Below are positions 9,191 to 20,500 of a stretch of 48,912 nt of DNA, piece by piece. The notes under the pieces are model-generated. The model saw nothing but the letters and a program-made list of their open reading frames with translations. It did no database searches and was not told the origin of the DNA. The translations under genes were made by a program, and so were the position numbers. How positions within the stretch are numbered: the first letter of the stretch is position 1; each line of letters starts with the position of its first letter. The stretch comes from a virus. The stretch is from IMG/VR virus record IMGVR_UViG_2868238732_000001, positions 1 through 48,912 of that record. One strand, 5' to 3'.

Positions 9191-10126
9191 TTATAATGTT
9201 TTTAAGAATACTAGATTCTTTGTATTCGTCGTAGGTAATATTACTCCTGTTTGAATAGTAACAAAATCACCAGCATGTTTTCCGTCAACAGTATCTGCAT
9301 TCTTAGCACTATTAACATTAAAATTACTAGGATTATATACATACATATTTATAGAGTCACTTCCTCCCCATAACCAAGGAGGTTGTCCATCTTTCCCATT
9401 CCAATTAAATGTTTTTCCTCCTACTGTATCAGCATTAGCAACGCTTCCACCGATTGCCACCGAAGCTTTAACTTCATTTATAGCACCTTTCAAGGTTTTA
9501 TTTGTAGTTGCTAAATCTTCTAAACCTACTAGATTGTTAACTTCTGTTTCAGTACAATAAATATCGTGCGTATGGTTTGTATTGCTTTTGCCTCCTAATA
9601 AAGTATTTGTTTCTGTTTTATTAAATACATCAGGTCTTCCCGAAATATTATTATAGTCTAAATAATAACTTCCTTCTTTTCCTTCTAACATATCAGCATC
9701 CAACCCACTATTTACACCATCTATAGCTTTTATCATGATTAGGATTTCTTGTGCAGTAGGGTTCGCTTGAGCACTTTCTTGTATATTATTTAATTTATTT
9801 TTTAGTATTGTAGTAAAATCTTCGGTGCTTAATTGTTTCCCGGATACTATGTCCACCTTTTTAGATAATTCTGCAATTACCGTTTGGGCATAATGTGGGT
9901 CATCGTTTAAGGATTTTGCCAATTCCATAATAGTATCTACCATTTCTGGAGGAGTACCACCTAGAATTTTTGTAAATTTATCTTCAATTTCTTGTTTGTT
10001 AAAGACTTGTGTCTTATCATATTTTTTAGATAGTTCTGTGACTACATAATCTTTATCTGTTTTCCTATCAATTTCATCTTTAAATTCTTGACTTAAAACG
10101 ACTCGGTTGATTTTATCAATCCCCAT
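9191..10126 (-). CDS. Tail fibre-related protein
   Basis: DTIMELAKSLNDDP, GKQLSTEDFT, SGLDADMLEG, repeated NADTV.GK. Confidence 0.75.
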   Translation of the reverse strand: MGIDKINRVVLSQEFKDEIDRKTDKDYVVTELSKKYDKTQVFNKQEIEDKFTKILGGTPPEMVDTIMELAKSLNDDPHYAQTVIAELSKKVDIVSGKQLSTEDFTTILKNKLNNIQESAQANPTAQEILIMIKAIDGVNSGLDADMLEGKEGSYYLDYNNISGRPDVFNKTETNTLLGGKSNTNHTHDIYCTETEVNNLVGLEDLATTNKTLKGAINEVKASVAIGGSVANADTVGGKTFNWNGKDGQPPWLWGGSDSINMYVYNPSNFNVNSAKNADTVDGKHAGDFVTIQTGVILPTTNTKNLVFLKTL

Positions 10127-10142
10127 TAAATTTCACCTGCCT

Positions 10143-11093
10143 TCATTCAATAACTCTCAGCCAAGTCATTCCTTTTTTTGGAACTGGTTTAGTAGCACTT
10201 TGTATTACATTATTTCCTATTTTATCTTTTAAATTGGTATCTAACATATTTTCTGTAATAATTATAGGGTCGTATCCGCCTTCTTGATGTGTAGATGCAT
10301 GTTTAAAATATAGTTTTCCTACATTTTTATAATACTTTATAATTACCTCTGTTCCTGTTACTATTAAATTCTTAGCATTGCCTTTTATAATTATTTTCTT
10401 ATATTGACCATCAGCTTTTATTTCATAATCCTCGTAGGGTATTTGTTGGCTACCATTTATACTCAAGTCTATATTTTCTGGGTCAATATTTAAAATTGCC
10501 TCTGGTGGTAGACTTAGATTAAATCCATTTGTAAAAATATCATATTCTACTTGTCCATCTATTGTAGAATTCCACTTTTGCCAATATCGTTTTGTTCTAG
10601 TATCCATTTCAGATAACTGAATTTCCTTTTGATTAACAAGATTTATAAAATAATCTTTCTTATCTTTTATCTCGGCTTGTTTTATATTTACAAAATCCGT
10701 TGTTTCTTGTTGTTTGTTATTGGTATATGTTAATATCCCATCCATTTTTGCAGTAGTAAAATTATTAACTTCTGTTTTTTTATCAGTAATAAAAGTAGTC
10801 ATTTCTGTTTGCTTTAATTGGATAAAACCATTCACATTAGAGTTGAAAAATCTTTCTAATGATTTTACAGCATCACCGATATTATTAACGTTAAAAGCAT
10901 TGAATAATACTACTTTTAATCCTGGATTATTTTCAATTAAATTTTGTGCCGAAGTTATATCTTTAGCCTTTATAAGTGCTTGATACTGCTCCATGAGCAC
11001 GACTTCCGAAGCACTCAAGTCTCTCATCCTCGAGAAATCATCAACTTGGTCTGGAAATTTTGTATTTGGCAGATCCGAGTATGTGTTCGACAT
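10143..11093 (-). CDS. Baseplate/tail structural protein
   Basis: 316-aa ORF with central coiled coil, HASTH..GG.DPI motif; tail module context. Confidence 0.6.
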   Translation of the reverse strand: MSNTYSDLPNTKFPDQVDDFSRMRDLSASEVVLMEQYQALIKAKDITSAQNLIENNPGLKVVLFNAFNVNNIGDAVKSLERFFNSNVNGFIQLKQTEMTTFITDKKTEVNNFTTAKMDGILTYTNNKQQETTDFVNIKQAEIKDKKDYFINLVNQKEIQLSEMDTRTKRYWQKWNSTIDGQVEYDIFTNGFNLSLPPEAILNIDPENIDLSINGSQQIPYEDYEIKADGQYKKIIIKGNAKNLIVTGTEVIIKYYKNVGKLYFKHASTHQEGGYDPIIITENMLDTNLKDKIGNNVIQSATKPVPKKGMTWLRVIE

Positions 11094-11108
11094 ATCGTTT
11101 ATCCTCCT

Positions 11109-11130
11109 TAATATTATTGTTTAATTGTTA
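11109..11130 (-). promoter_or_regulatory. Phage motif copy 1 (before 316-aa tail gene)
   Basis: TAACAATTAAACAATAATATTA directly abutting AGGAGG. Confidence 0.75.
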
Positions 11131-12255
11131 AACTGTTTCATAATATAATTTTTCAACTTCGACATTGCTTAATGAGTTATCGAAGGGGATATTGAATCGA
11201 CAAACTCTATGCCTTCCAATAACTCCGCTACTCTCATTCTTCAAAAGTACAATCATATTAGGCTCTAAATCGTATATTGGGACTATGGGTATTGAGACTT
11301 TCTCATTAAGACTGCTATGCAAAAGCATATTATATTCAGCCCTCATTTTAGCTTGCTCTGGTGTCTGTATTTTACTATCGCTGATTGGTAGTTTTCTACT
11401 TCCTATCTTGGCAATACTGAATGGACTGTTTTCATCATTATTCTGTAACGTATATTTGATTTGATTCCCATTGCTTAACAATAACCCCCATATAGCAATA
11501 TCGTTTCTAATATTCTCCCAGTCGGGGCTGTTAGAATACTCCATTATTAATCTCCCATCAGAAAAATCATAATTGACTGCATCATTTTTTCTATCTTTTA
11601 TTTTTCTATATACGAAGAATCCATTTTTATCATAGAAATATTCATATCCCATATATAGATTTTTAATTTCATCCAATATACTTGTTATTGTATCTGTTTC
11701 AGATTTTTTAATTTCAGACGACAAGGTCATCCCTTCTACATCAGAAATCATTATTTTAGTTTCTCCACTTAACATTACTAAATTTCTTATACATTCGCTT
11801 AAAGGCTCACCTTCTTTTAACAAAGTAGCGATATTAAAACTTCCACTTATTTGCCCATTTAGCCAGCACATTTTATCTAAACCTTTTAGACTCAATTCTA
11901 ATTTTCCATTTGCAGAAGTTATCTGAGGATTACTCATAAAAAATATTCCCTGTTTGTACCACACTTTTTCTTTTGTTCTTGTATCTCTCACTCCATTGTA
12001 GGGAACAAATTTTTTATCTAGCCATATCTTAGAACCGGGAGCTGGTAACAAAGTCTTATCCCTAATAACTATGGTCAAATCGGAATTTCTTCTGATAGTG
12101 CTGCCGGCATCAACATTTACCCCTCCAGATATGCAAACTCCTTCTAAGGTGGATTCTATGTTTTCATTGAAATCCAGTATATCTATTTTTGTAAATATCT
12201 CTCTTTGACGCTGATTTAAAACATTATATTCTAACTGTGTAGCCAACTCACACAT
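11128..12255 (-). CDS. Tail tip/baseplate hub-like protein (DUF5048-like)
   Basis: IRRNSDLT, LKGLDKMCWLNG, YFYDKNG; tail module context. Confidence 0.6.
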   Translation of the reverse strand: MCELATQLEYNVLNQRQREIFTKIDILDFNENIESTLEGVCISGGVNVDAGSTIRRNSDLTIVIRDKTLLPAPGSKIWLDKKFVPYNGVRDTRTKEKVWYKQGIFFMSNPQITSANGKLELSLKGLDKMCWLNGQISGSFNIATLLKEGEPLSECIRNLVMLSGETKIMISDVEGMTLSSEIKKSETDTITSILDEIKNLYMGYEYFYDKNGFFVYRKIKDRKNDAVNYDFSDGRLIMEYSNSPDWENIRNDIAIWGLLLSNGNQIKYTLQNNDENSPFSIAKIGSRKLPISDSKIQTPEQAKMRAEYNMLLHSSLNEKVSIPIVPIYDLEPNMIVLLKNESSGVIGRHRVCRFNIPFDNSLSNVEVEKLYYETV

Positions 12256-12266
12256 CTCCTTCCTGA

Positions 12267-13163
12267 CTAAATCAATATATCTACTAACCCTAAATCATAC
12301 AAATCTTCTTGGTTATTAGCGTCGCCCATCTCAGTCCAGTTGAATGAACATCTTGCTAACGCTTGCTTTGTTTCATTTAAATATGTTGTGCTAGGACTTT
12401 CTGCAATTCCTATAATCCACATGTTTCCATTTGAATCCTTGAGTATTTTAGAAGTACCACTAGACAAAAAATCTTCGAGTTGATTTCTTAACTTGATTTC
12501 GACTTTTCTGTCTGTTATAACACTCTCATCGATGGTTTGTTGAGAAACTACTAATGCAGTCACACTACCTGTGTCATAATACATATCTCCATTTTTAACT
12601 ATGATAGGGAACCTCGAACCTAACGGCTTATAAACGCTAGAACTTATATTTCTTGTTTTTGTACCATATTCTAAATCACAAGATAGTTTATAAGAACTAT
12701 TTATATCTAATATAAAAGCACTATCGAACTCAGAGAGTATTTTATTGTTGTTATAATCGCCCTCATTACCGTTATCCATAACTGGAACTATTGCGTATTC
12801 ATATTCTTGACTCGATTCATTTAAACTATCATATATTTCAACCTGGTCTTCTGTATAAGGAATGTCTCTTATAGTCATCCAATTGCTTATTTCTTCTATT
12901 TTTCTTCTTTTTACTCTCAGCACAGATATTAACAATCCTGCAAAATCTATGTTTCCAGCAGAGGTGTTACCTTTGAACTTAGCTAAAAATAATGTTAGAA
13001 AAGTCCAATCTTCTCTGCTTTTATTAAATGGTTTTACTACATTGTTTATTAATAACTCGTCTAAAATAATTTTGCTTGCTTCTATTTTATTTATTTTACC
13101 AACTGTATTATAGCTTGGAGTCAAGCTATCTTGGTCGGATAAAAAATTATATCCTAAGAACAT
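12267..13163 (-). CDS. Minor tail protein
   Basis: YEYAIVPV, KILKD.NG, FNWTEMGD; context after tape measure. Confidence 0.6.
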   Translation of the reverse strand: MFLGYNFLSDQDSLTPSYNTVGKINKIEASKIILDELLINNVVKPFNKSREDWTFLTLFLAKFKGNTSAGNIDFAGLLISVLRVKRRKIEEISNWMTIRDIPYTEDQVEIYDSLNESSQEYEYAIVPVMDNGNEGDYNNNKILSEFDSAFILDINSSYKLSCDLEYGTKTRNISSSVYKPLGSRFPIIVKNGDMYYDTGSVTALVVSQQTIDESVITDRKVEIKLRNQLEDFLSSGTSKILKDSNGNMWIIGIAESPSTTYLNETKQALARCSFNWTEMGDANNQEDLYDLGLVDILI

Positions 13164-13187
13164 TCTGTATTATCACCTCTATTTTTC

Positions 13188-14219
13188 TTATTCTTCCACA
13201 GCATATAAATTTAACAAATCATCTATTTGTTGCAAGCCTATAACTATTTTTTTATTCGGATCACTCATATCAAAATCCGTATATATCGAATAATTGATTG
13301 CTCCAACTATTTTGTTACAATATATTTTGCTCCCGATTCTCTTTAAAATTATTCTGTGTTTTGCTGAATCTGTATCATTTTCTCCACACATAATATAAAA
13401 TTCACTATTATCTACAAGGTTATATCCATACATTTTTGCATCAAAATCATTGCTTATAGAAATTCCTTTATTATAAGTAATTATATTATTTCTTAAATCA
13501 ATTTTCTCATTTTCAATATAAATATATGGATTTGTCGGCGTTTTTGCTTCAATTCTTATTATATTTGTTGTTATTTTTATTTGACCTTTATCAAACAAAT
13601 TCTCAAGTATAAGGCTACTGGCTATTTGAGGGGTAATGTAATTAACAGAAAAATTTAGCAACCCAGTTGTATTTGTCATTCCACTTTTCATTACAACTGC
13701 CATCTCGATTTTATACTGCTCATTATCAGATAACCCTACGAAAGAATGTTGTAATAATCCATCTGTTTTAGTCACAGAAGCACCTATAAGTAACCCATTC
13801 CTATCATATAATATAAACTTATAGCTGCTCAATATATCCCCTTCTGATTGGGTTAAGGAGCCTTGAAACGAATAATTAGATAAGTTCACACTAAACAAAT
13901 TAACAATGCCTAATGCGGGCATAGATAACACTATAATCAATATCTCATCAGAGAAGTCTGACCAATTGTTATCCTTGTCTGCGACTCTAATTTTTATCTT
14001 ATATATACTTCCGTTTGTCAATAAATTTGGCAGCAAAGTATGATTGAAGTTAAAAGTGGTTTGTTCTTGATTGTATTCAACTACTCCAGTAGAATTATTT
14101 ACTGCGACTAAATTGTTTTTTACTGCTTGTTCTCCATTTGAATATAAGAATTTAAGTAGTTTCTGTGTATTACTTGGAAACGGAGAAGTGCTTAATAGTT
14201 GAGGTCTTCCCATTGTCAT
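13188..14219 (-). CDS. Minor tail protein with fibronectin-III-like segments
   Basis: Y.IKIRV.D..NNWSDFS; beta-rich; tail module context. Confidence 0.55.
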   Translation of the reverse strand: MTMGRPQLLSTSPFPSNTQKLLKFLYSNGEQAVKNNLVAVNNSTGVVEYNQEQTTFNFNHTLLPNLLTNGSIYKIKIRVADKDNNWSDFSDEILIIVLSMPALGIVNLFSVNLSNYSFQGSLTQSEGDILSSYKFILYDRNGLLIGASVTKTDGLLQHSFVGLSDNEQYKIEMAVVMKSGMTNTTGLLNFSVNYITPQIASSLILENLFDKGQIKITTNIIRIEAKTPTNPYIYIENEKIDLRNNIITYNKGISISNDFDAKMYGYNLVDNSEFYIMCGENDTDSAKHRIILKRIGSKIYCNKIVGAINYSIYTDFDMSDPNKKIVIGLQQIDDLLNLYAVEE

Positions 14220-14245
14220 TTTTACTTAATCACCAACTTTCTTAT

Positions 14246-14524
14246 TTAATTTGGTTTCTTAGCGAGGATATATTTATCTGTATTAAAACTATTATTTCCT
14301 ATGATTATTATTACGACATCTCTGATTGCAAAAATTTTATTATCTAATGCATAAATTTCACTCTCAATATCGTTAATAGTTACTCCATATTTCCCGTTGC
14401 CAAATACACTTGTTACTAAGCCATAGTCCATTGTCTTTATTGGGGAGTCATTTATCATAGGTTTAGCTGTAGCTGCTACTGATTTTAATATATTGTCTTG
14501 AATTTTTCTTATATTGATACCAAT
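14246..14524 (-). CDS. Small tail/baseplate protein; probably starts at ATT 14524 rather than ATG 14458
   Basis: Frame is open back to ATT, which lies 7 nt after AAGGCGGTG; no clear RBS before the ATG. Confidence 0.6.
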   Translation of the reverse strand: MGINIRKIQDNILKSVAATAKPMINDSPIKTMDYGLVTSVFGNGKYGVTINDIESEIYALDNKIFAIRDVVIIIIGNNSFNTDKYILAKKPN

Positions 14525-14561
14525 TTTAAATCACCGCCTTATTAGAAAAGCGTTCAAAAGG

Positions 14562-17500
14562 CTATAAAGCCTCTCGAACGCTCATATTGTTGATATTTTG
14601 AACTGTAACCTCTGGTAATGTATCAAACATAGTAATTAAATCAGCTATGTCTGTTAATGCGTTTGGAACTGACAATTCTTTTATTGTGTAATGGTTTATA
14701 ACTTGTGGAGGTTGATTGTTACTATTGTTATTCACCCCATTAGTATTTATCTTATCCACAACTTCTTTGATTGAGTTAGATAAATTGTTCGGTAGGTGGA
14801 TAGGTGGTAGTACATAGTTTGGTAAGACATCTTTTGTACTAAGTCTAGGGGTATCAATAGTTTTTAAGGCACTTGGCATATAATTTTTTAAAGCTAATAA
14901 ATTAGAGCTAGTATTCAGTAATTCTTTGGTTTGTAGTGGATTATTAATTATTTCATCGCTATGTAAAACAGCCATAGCTCCATCATCAATATTACTTGGT
15001 GTCATTCCTCCTGTGATTAGACTAGCTGTATTAGCATCTACGTAAGCTTGATCTATTAATGTATAACTTGGGTCAATGTTAGCATTATCTGACCTAAGAT
15101 GATACATTATACTTCCATCTGTAGTCATAAATGCAGAGGACAGACTATTAACATTGTTATTGATAGCTAATGCACTTTCTAATTGTTCTTTGGTAGCTTT
15201 CTTCCTAAAGTTTATAGAATTTATATAATCTTGAGTTACTAATACATAGTTAGGATTTACATCTGTATCCGTTTTAAGATGATACATCAGGCCACCATCT
15301 GTACTGTCTACATATGCAGTAGAATTATTACTGCTATTGTTATTCCAAGCTAAAGCTCCTTCTAATTGAGACTGTGACAATGAGTGACTTCCAGTATTTT
15401 CTGCTGGATTATTATTGTTAGGTTTTTCTTCAACTTCACTTATCTTCTTAGCTGAATCTGTATTTAACTTGTCAACAGCACTTTGTAGAGTAGTAACGGC
15501 ATCTTGAATTGCTTTTGCAGAATTAGTTATAGCTTCTGACAATTTACTACTTAAACTCACCATATTTGTAGTAAAGACGGTATAAGAGTTTACTATATCA
15601 TTCATATTATTGTCAAAATCTGTTCCACTCATTTTGAATTTGGCATTCAAAGCATCCAGCGCTCTTTGAAAATCAGTTTGACTCTTATATTGTCCATTCT
15701 GTGCTTTGTCAAGAATCTTTTGTAATTCAGTTAAATAATCATTCTTGGTTGATAAATCATCTTGCTGTTTCTTTAACTCTTGGTCTCTTTCCCAAGTTAT
15801 CATATCGACTTGTTTTTGTTTTAAATCTTCATTTAAACTATCAATCTTGTCTTGGTCAGCAACATACTCCCAGTCATAAGAACCATCTGATTTTTGAGTT
15901 AATTGTTGGATAATCTTTTGGCTCTTAGCATTTTCAATTTGCTGTTCAATTTTGATGATTTCTAGTTTTTTCTGAAATCTTTCATAATCAACACGAGTTA
16001 ATTTATCTTGCTTCTCCAATAAGTTTAGCTGAATCAATTGTGCATTTAATTGAACTTTTGCTGTTTCAGATACAGAATTACGAATATCGGAATTTAATGA
16101 AGTTCTAAGTTTATCAATAGCTAATGCTTTTTCTTCACCTTCAATATACATCCCTTGATATTTTGCTTTAGCGTCTAATTTTTCTTTCTCAGTTTCAGAA
16201 GTAGAACCGTCGAATATTTTACTTTCAATATTTTTATAAGCTTTATAAAAATTAGTTTTTAATAATTCTTTCTGTTGGTTCTGCATTTGCATTATAGAAT
16301 CTTCTGTAGTATTATTTACTTCTTTTAATTTATCATTGTAAACATTCCATTGCTCGGAACCAACTTTAACATTATCTCTTAATTTCATAATTTGTTGTGA
16401 CTCTTTAATAGATAAGTCGTGTTTTTTAAGGGAATTATCATATAGCGATTGTTGTAAAGATGTAATACTACTATAATCAGTTTGATTCCAGTCTTTAATA
16501 AATGTCAGTTTCTTTTGTAAATCTTCTGATGTCTCATCAACAAGTTTTAAAGCTTTGTCCATCTCTGATATTCTTCTATTAATTTTATCTAAAGCTTGTT
16601 GATGCTGGTCATCTGCATTTTTTACAATATCAATTTCATTTTGCATTTGATTAGTCACAAGTAATTCTTTTGCTTTTCGTGCTGTATCTTTTTCGCTTAA
16701 TGTTGAGGTGGAAGAATTTAAAATATCCTCTTGTGCTTTTACTTTCGCATATAAAATTAATCTTTGAAATTCCAATGCGTCTGAAATTTCTTTTGTATAT
16801 TTCATTAATTTGTCTTTGTCGGCTTCTGTATCAATACTCCCTACTAAACTTATTTTATCTTGCACATTTTTATTCATTTCACTAAAATAATCATTGTAAG
16901 ATTGGATTTGTGCTTCGATATTAGAATTGATTTCTACAGTTACATCAACTTTCTTACTCTTAATTTCATCCATTTCTGCATGTAATTCAATTAATCTAAG
17001 TTTTTGTTCATCTGTTAATGTTCCTGCTATTTTAATATTCTCTAGGTTTAGTAATTCAGGGTTTATTTTAGTTTCTTCATCTACCAATGTTTTAATTTGA
17101 CTATTAAGATTAGTAAAAATATTTGATAATCCTTGGTAATTAGTTTCCATTTCGTTTTCCGTGTCAATTTTACCCATTACTTTAATGCTATCGGTAATAT
17201 CTTTAATTTTTAAATCCGCATTTGTTAACATTGAATCAATTCTATTTTTACCTAAATCTTTGAGAGCTTTCTCAGTTCTTTCTATAATTTTATACTGTGC
17301 ATCAATTTCTTTAGTAATTTTATCATAGATTTCCTTGTTATTGGAATTTTCATCTCTTTGAGTTTTTAAGGATTCAATGTTTTTTAGGGCAATTAATGCT
17401 TGTGTTGATTGTAAATCTATTGATTGCTTATATAATTCATTGGAATCTTTTGCTAGTGATACTTTTTCTTTTAGAACATCTCTTTGCTTAGTTAAGGTAT

Positions 17501-20500
17501 TTAAAACTGTTGTTTCTTGAGATATTGAATTTGAATTTGATGAATTAGAGGCTACATCGTCATTAAATACATGACGAATTGGAGAATTAGACGATTCTTC
17601 TCTATCTCGTTGACTCTTTTGATAATCTGAATTTGTTCCTTTTCCTGAATTATAAGCATCACTCATTCCATTGCTTGAACTATGATCTAAATCGCCTAAA
17701 GATATTTTACCATTGGAATTTGCAACTGTTTCATTATAATTCTTACTGTCTTTGTCAAATACTGAATCTTTTAATATTGTTCCCTTTTGATTATTTTCTT
17801 TGACTTCAATTACATCATAACCTTCTTTAGTTCTATAACTGTTTCCATACTCCATGCCAGTTCCATTTGCATAGTGACGTATATCTCCAATTCCTTTTGC
17901 AAAATGATTAGTAATCCCACCTTGACGTAATATTTTTTCAGTTTCCTCATGCGGAATTACTTTAGTGCCTTTTGGTAAATGTTGTAATGTCCATCCTTTT
18001 TCACCTATAATCTTAGTTTCGCCACTCGGTAATACTGCTAATTCTCTACTACTACCATTACTGTCTTTTTTACCATCTCCTACTACAGCAGGTTCATCTT
18101 CCGTAGTACCATTAGTTCCATTTTCAAAGTGCTCAACAATTTTACCACCCTTGACTATTTCTCCAGTAATTTCAGTCAACATTTTTGGGTCTGATAGTTG
18201 AGATTGAGTATAATATTTATCTCCTATTTGAGCACCTTTAAATATTCCATTTACGGAAGTTGGGTCAGAGGATGAGCCTGCTAGTGCTGTTCCTGTATGT
18301 CCAGTTTGTGTCATACTACTACCTATAGTGCTTTTAAGTCCATCAATGCTACTATTTATAGAATTTAACAAATTACTTATAGCGTTTGTGCTTTCATTAA
18401 TCTGAGAAGTAACATCTTGAACACTCATGTCAATTGTATCCATACTATTTATGCTAGTTTTTAAAGTGTCATCAATAATTCCCACAGTTTCGTTAGTTTG
18501 TGATATTGTTGAATCAATTGATTCTTCAACAGTTTGAGTATTGTCGAAAGCAGTATTAATTAAATTACCCATATTTTTATCACCCATAGATAATTTCATG
18601 TCTATTTGAGATACCACATTATCAATTTGTTGCTCAGGTTTATTCAGTTTTGTAATAAGGGTATCTACTTTCATATTGGCAATTTGCTTATTTAGATCAA
18701 TTTGTGCTTGTGCAGTAGATATTAATTTGCCTTTTACAGATTCAAGGTTAGTCTTCCATTTATCATAAGCTTCTTGTTTTGGCATCTCCATTGTAGTTAA
18801 TTTCTTAGCTTCTACCATTAATGAAGTCATCTGTTGTTTATTATTCATTAATGCCTGAGTAGATAAATTAACTCTAGTAGCCATATTAGAATTTTCAGTT
18901 GCTTTAATTAGGAAATTATATCTCTCTAAATCTAAATTAAGTTTATAAAGTTGATTCTCAAATGGTTTTAGAATTATGTCCATTTTCAAAGACTCTAAAC
19001 TAGCAATACTTTCTTTTAAAGTCTGAATCATATCTACAATTTTTGATTTAGCAGTGTCTAATTTGTTTTGGTCTTCTTCAGAACCAGTATTATGAGATTT
19101 GATTTCGTCTGATAATTTTCTGTAAGAATCTGTTAATATGTCAAGCTGAGAACTAAGTGCAGTCATTTTCTGTACTTTTAAGCCTGTCTTAGCTGCCATA
19201 TCGTTGTTATTTAACATCTTCTCAGCGTTGTCAATGTCTTTAATTTTTATCTCTATTGGCTTCAAAGATCTTTCTTCTTCTTTCCCAATAGAGTCTATTC
19301 TAATAGCTTTCATACTTTCTTCGTCTGCAATTAATTTAACTTCTACATCAATTTGCTTATTCCCTAATTCTTTTAATCTATCTGTTATTGATTTAACCCT
19401 GATTTGACCTTCTGTAGTTGTCTTATTTATAGTTTTTAACTCTTCGTTATATTTGTTAGTTTCAGCAGTTATGTCGCGTAGTTCACTAAGATTTATTACT
19501 TTTTTAGTTTGCATGAAATCTAATTGTTTTTGTCTTTCTTCTGGGTTATCAATTATTCCAAGGAGTGAGATAGAATCATCAACTTTTTTAGCATCGTCTT
19601 GAAATTTAACTAATAGCTTGTCATTTTCTTCAAATGCTGTAGTATAAGTTTCTTTAATTTTATCTCTTATTTCATTGTAGATTCCTAGGTATTGTACATT
19701 CAAATCAGCTAATTGACTTTTCATGCCTGTTGTGGTTCGTTCGTCGAAACCGCCTTTTTTTATAGAAGTATTTAACAATTCTTGTTTTTGGGTAATTACG
19801 ATATACTTATTTCTCATTGCGTCTAACTCATCTTTTTTTGCAGTTATATACTCTTTACTTCCTATTTCAAACTGCTTAGATTTAGCTTCGTTGAGGGTAG
19901 TATATTGCTCGTAATTCTTAATTGCGTCGTCTTTTTCTCCAAGTTCATTATTAATTTTTTCTATTTTTAATTTGTCGATTTCTTGTTTTATATCTATTAG
20001 TCTATCTTTAAATCCTTCAACTTTAGATAGTAACGAATCTGCTCCTGAGTCTAAATTAGATTCGCCTGTGGCTGACATTATTTGAGACTTACCTCCAGTA
20101 AAACCTCCACCTCCAAATTCTTTCCAAAAATCTGTTACGCCACCTAACCAATCTTTATTAAAGCCTGCATCATTGTCTGCTCCTACTTCACAATATATAT
20201 TTTGTATTGCAGACGGTGTAACAGCACCTCCTTTAATATATGTGCTTCCTGCTAGTAGTTTAGCCATAGCATTTATTCCTGCTTCTATAGAAGAGAATGA
20301 CATTTGTACATTGGAAGTTTTCATCATTCCACCGACATTATTTTTTTCACGTGAACCGGCATTAGTCCCTCTACCGGTTTCATGCATGGTGATTGCAGAT
20401 AGGAAAGCTGGATCTATTCCATATTGTTTACCTGCACTAATATAGTCAGCACCATGTCCGGCAAGTGTGCCTTGTAGCTTAGCGTTAAGTTGTGATGCGG

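Noticed and set aside
8401-10126. Diversity-generating retroelement or shufflon acting on tail fibres
   Set aside because: No reverse transcriptase, template/variable repeat pair or inverted fibre cassettes seen in this window
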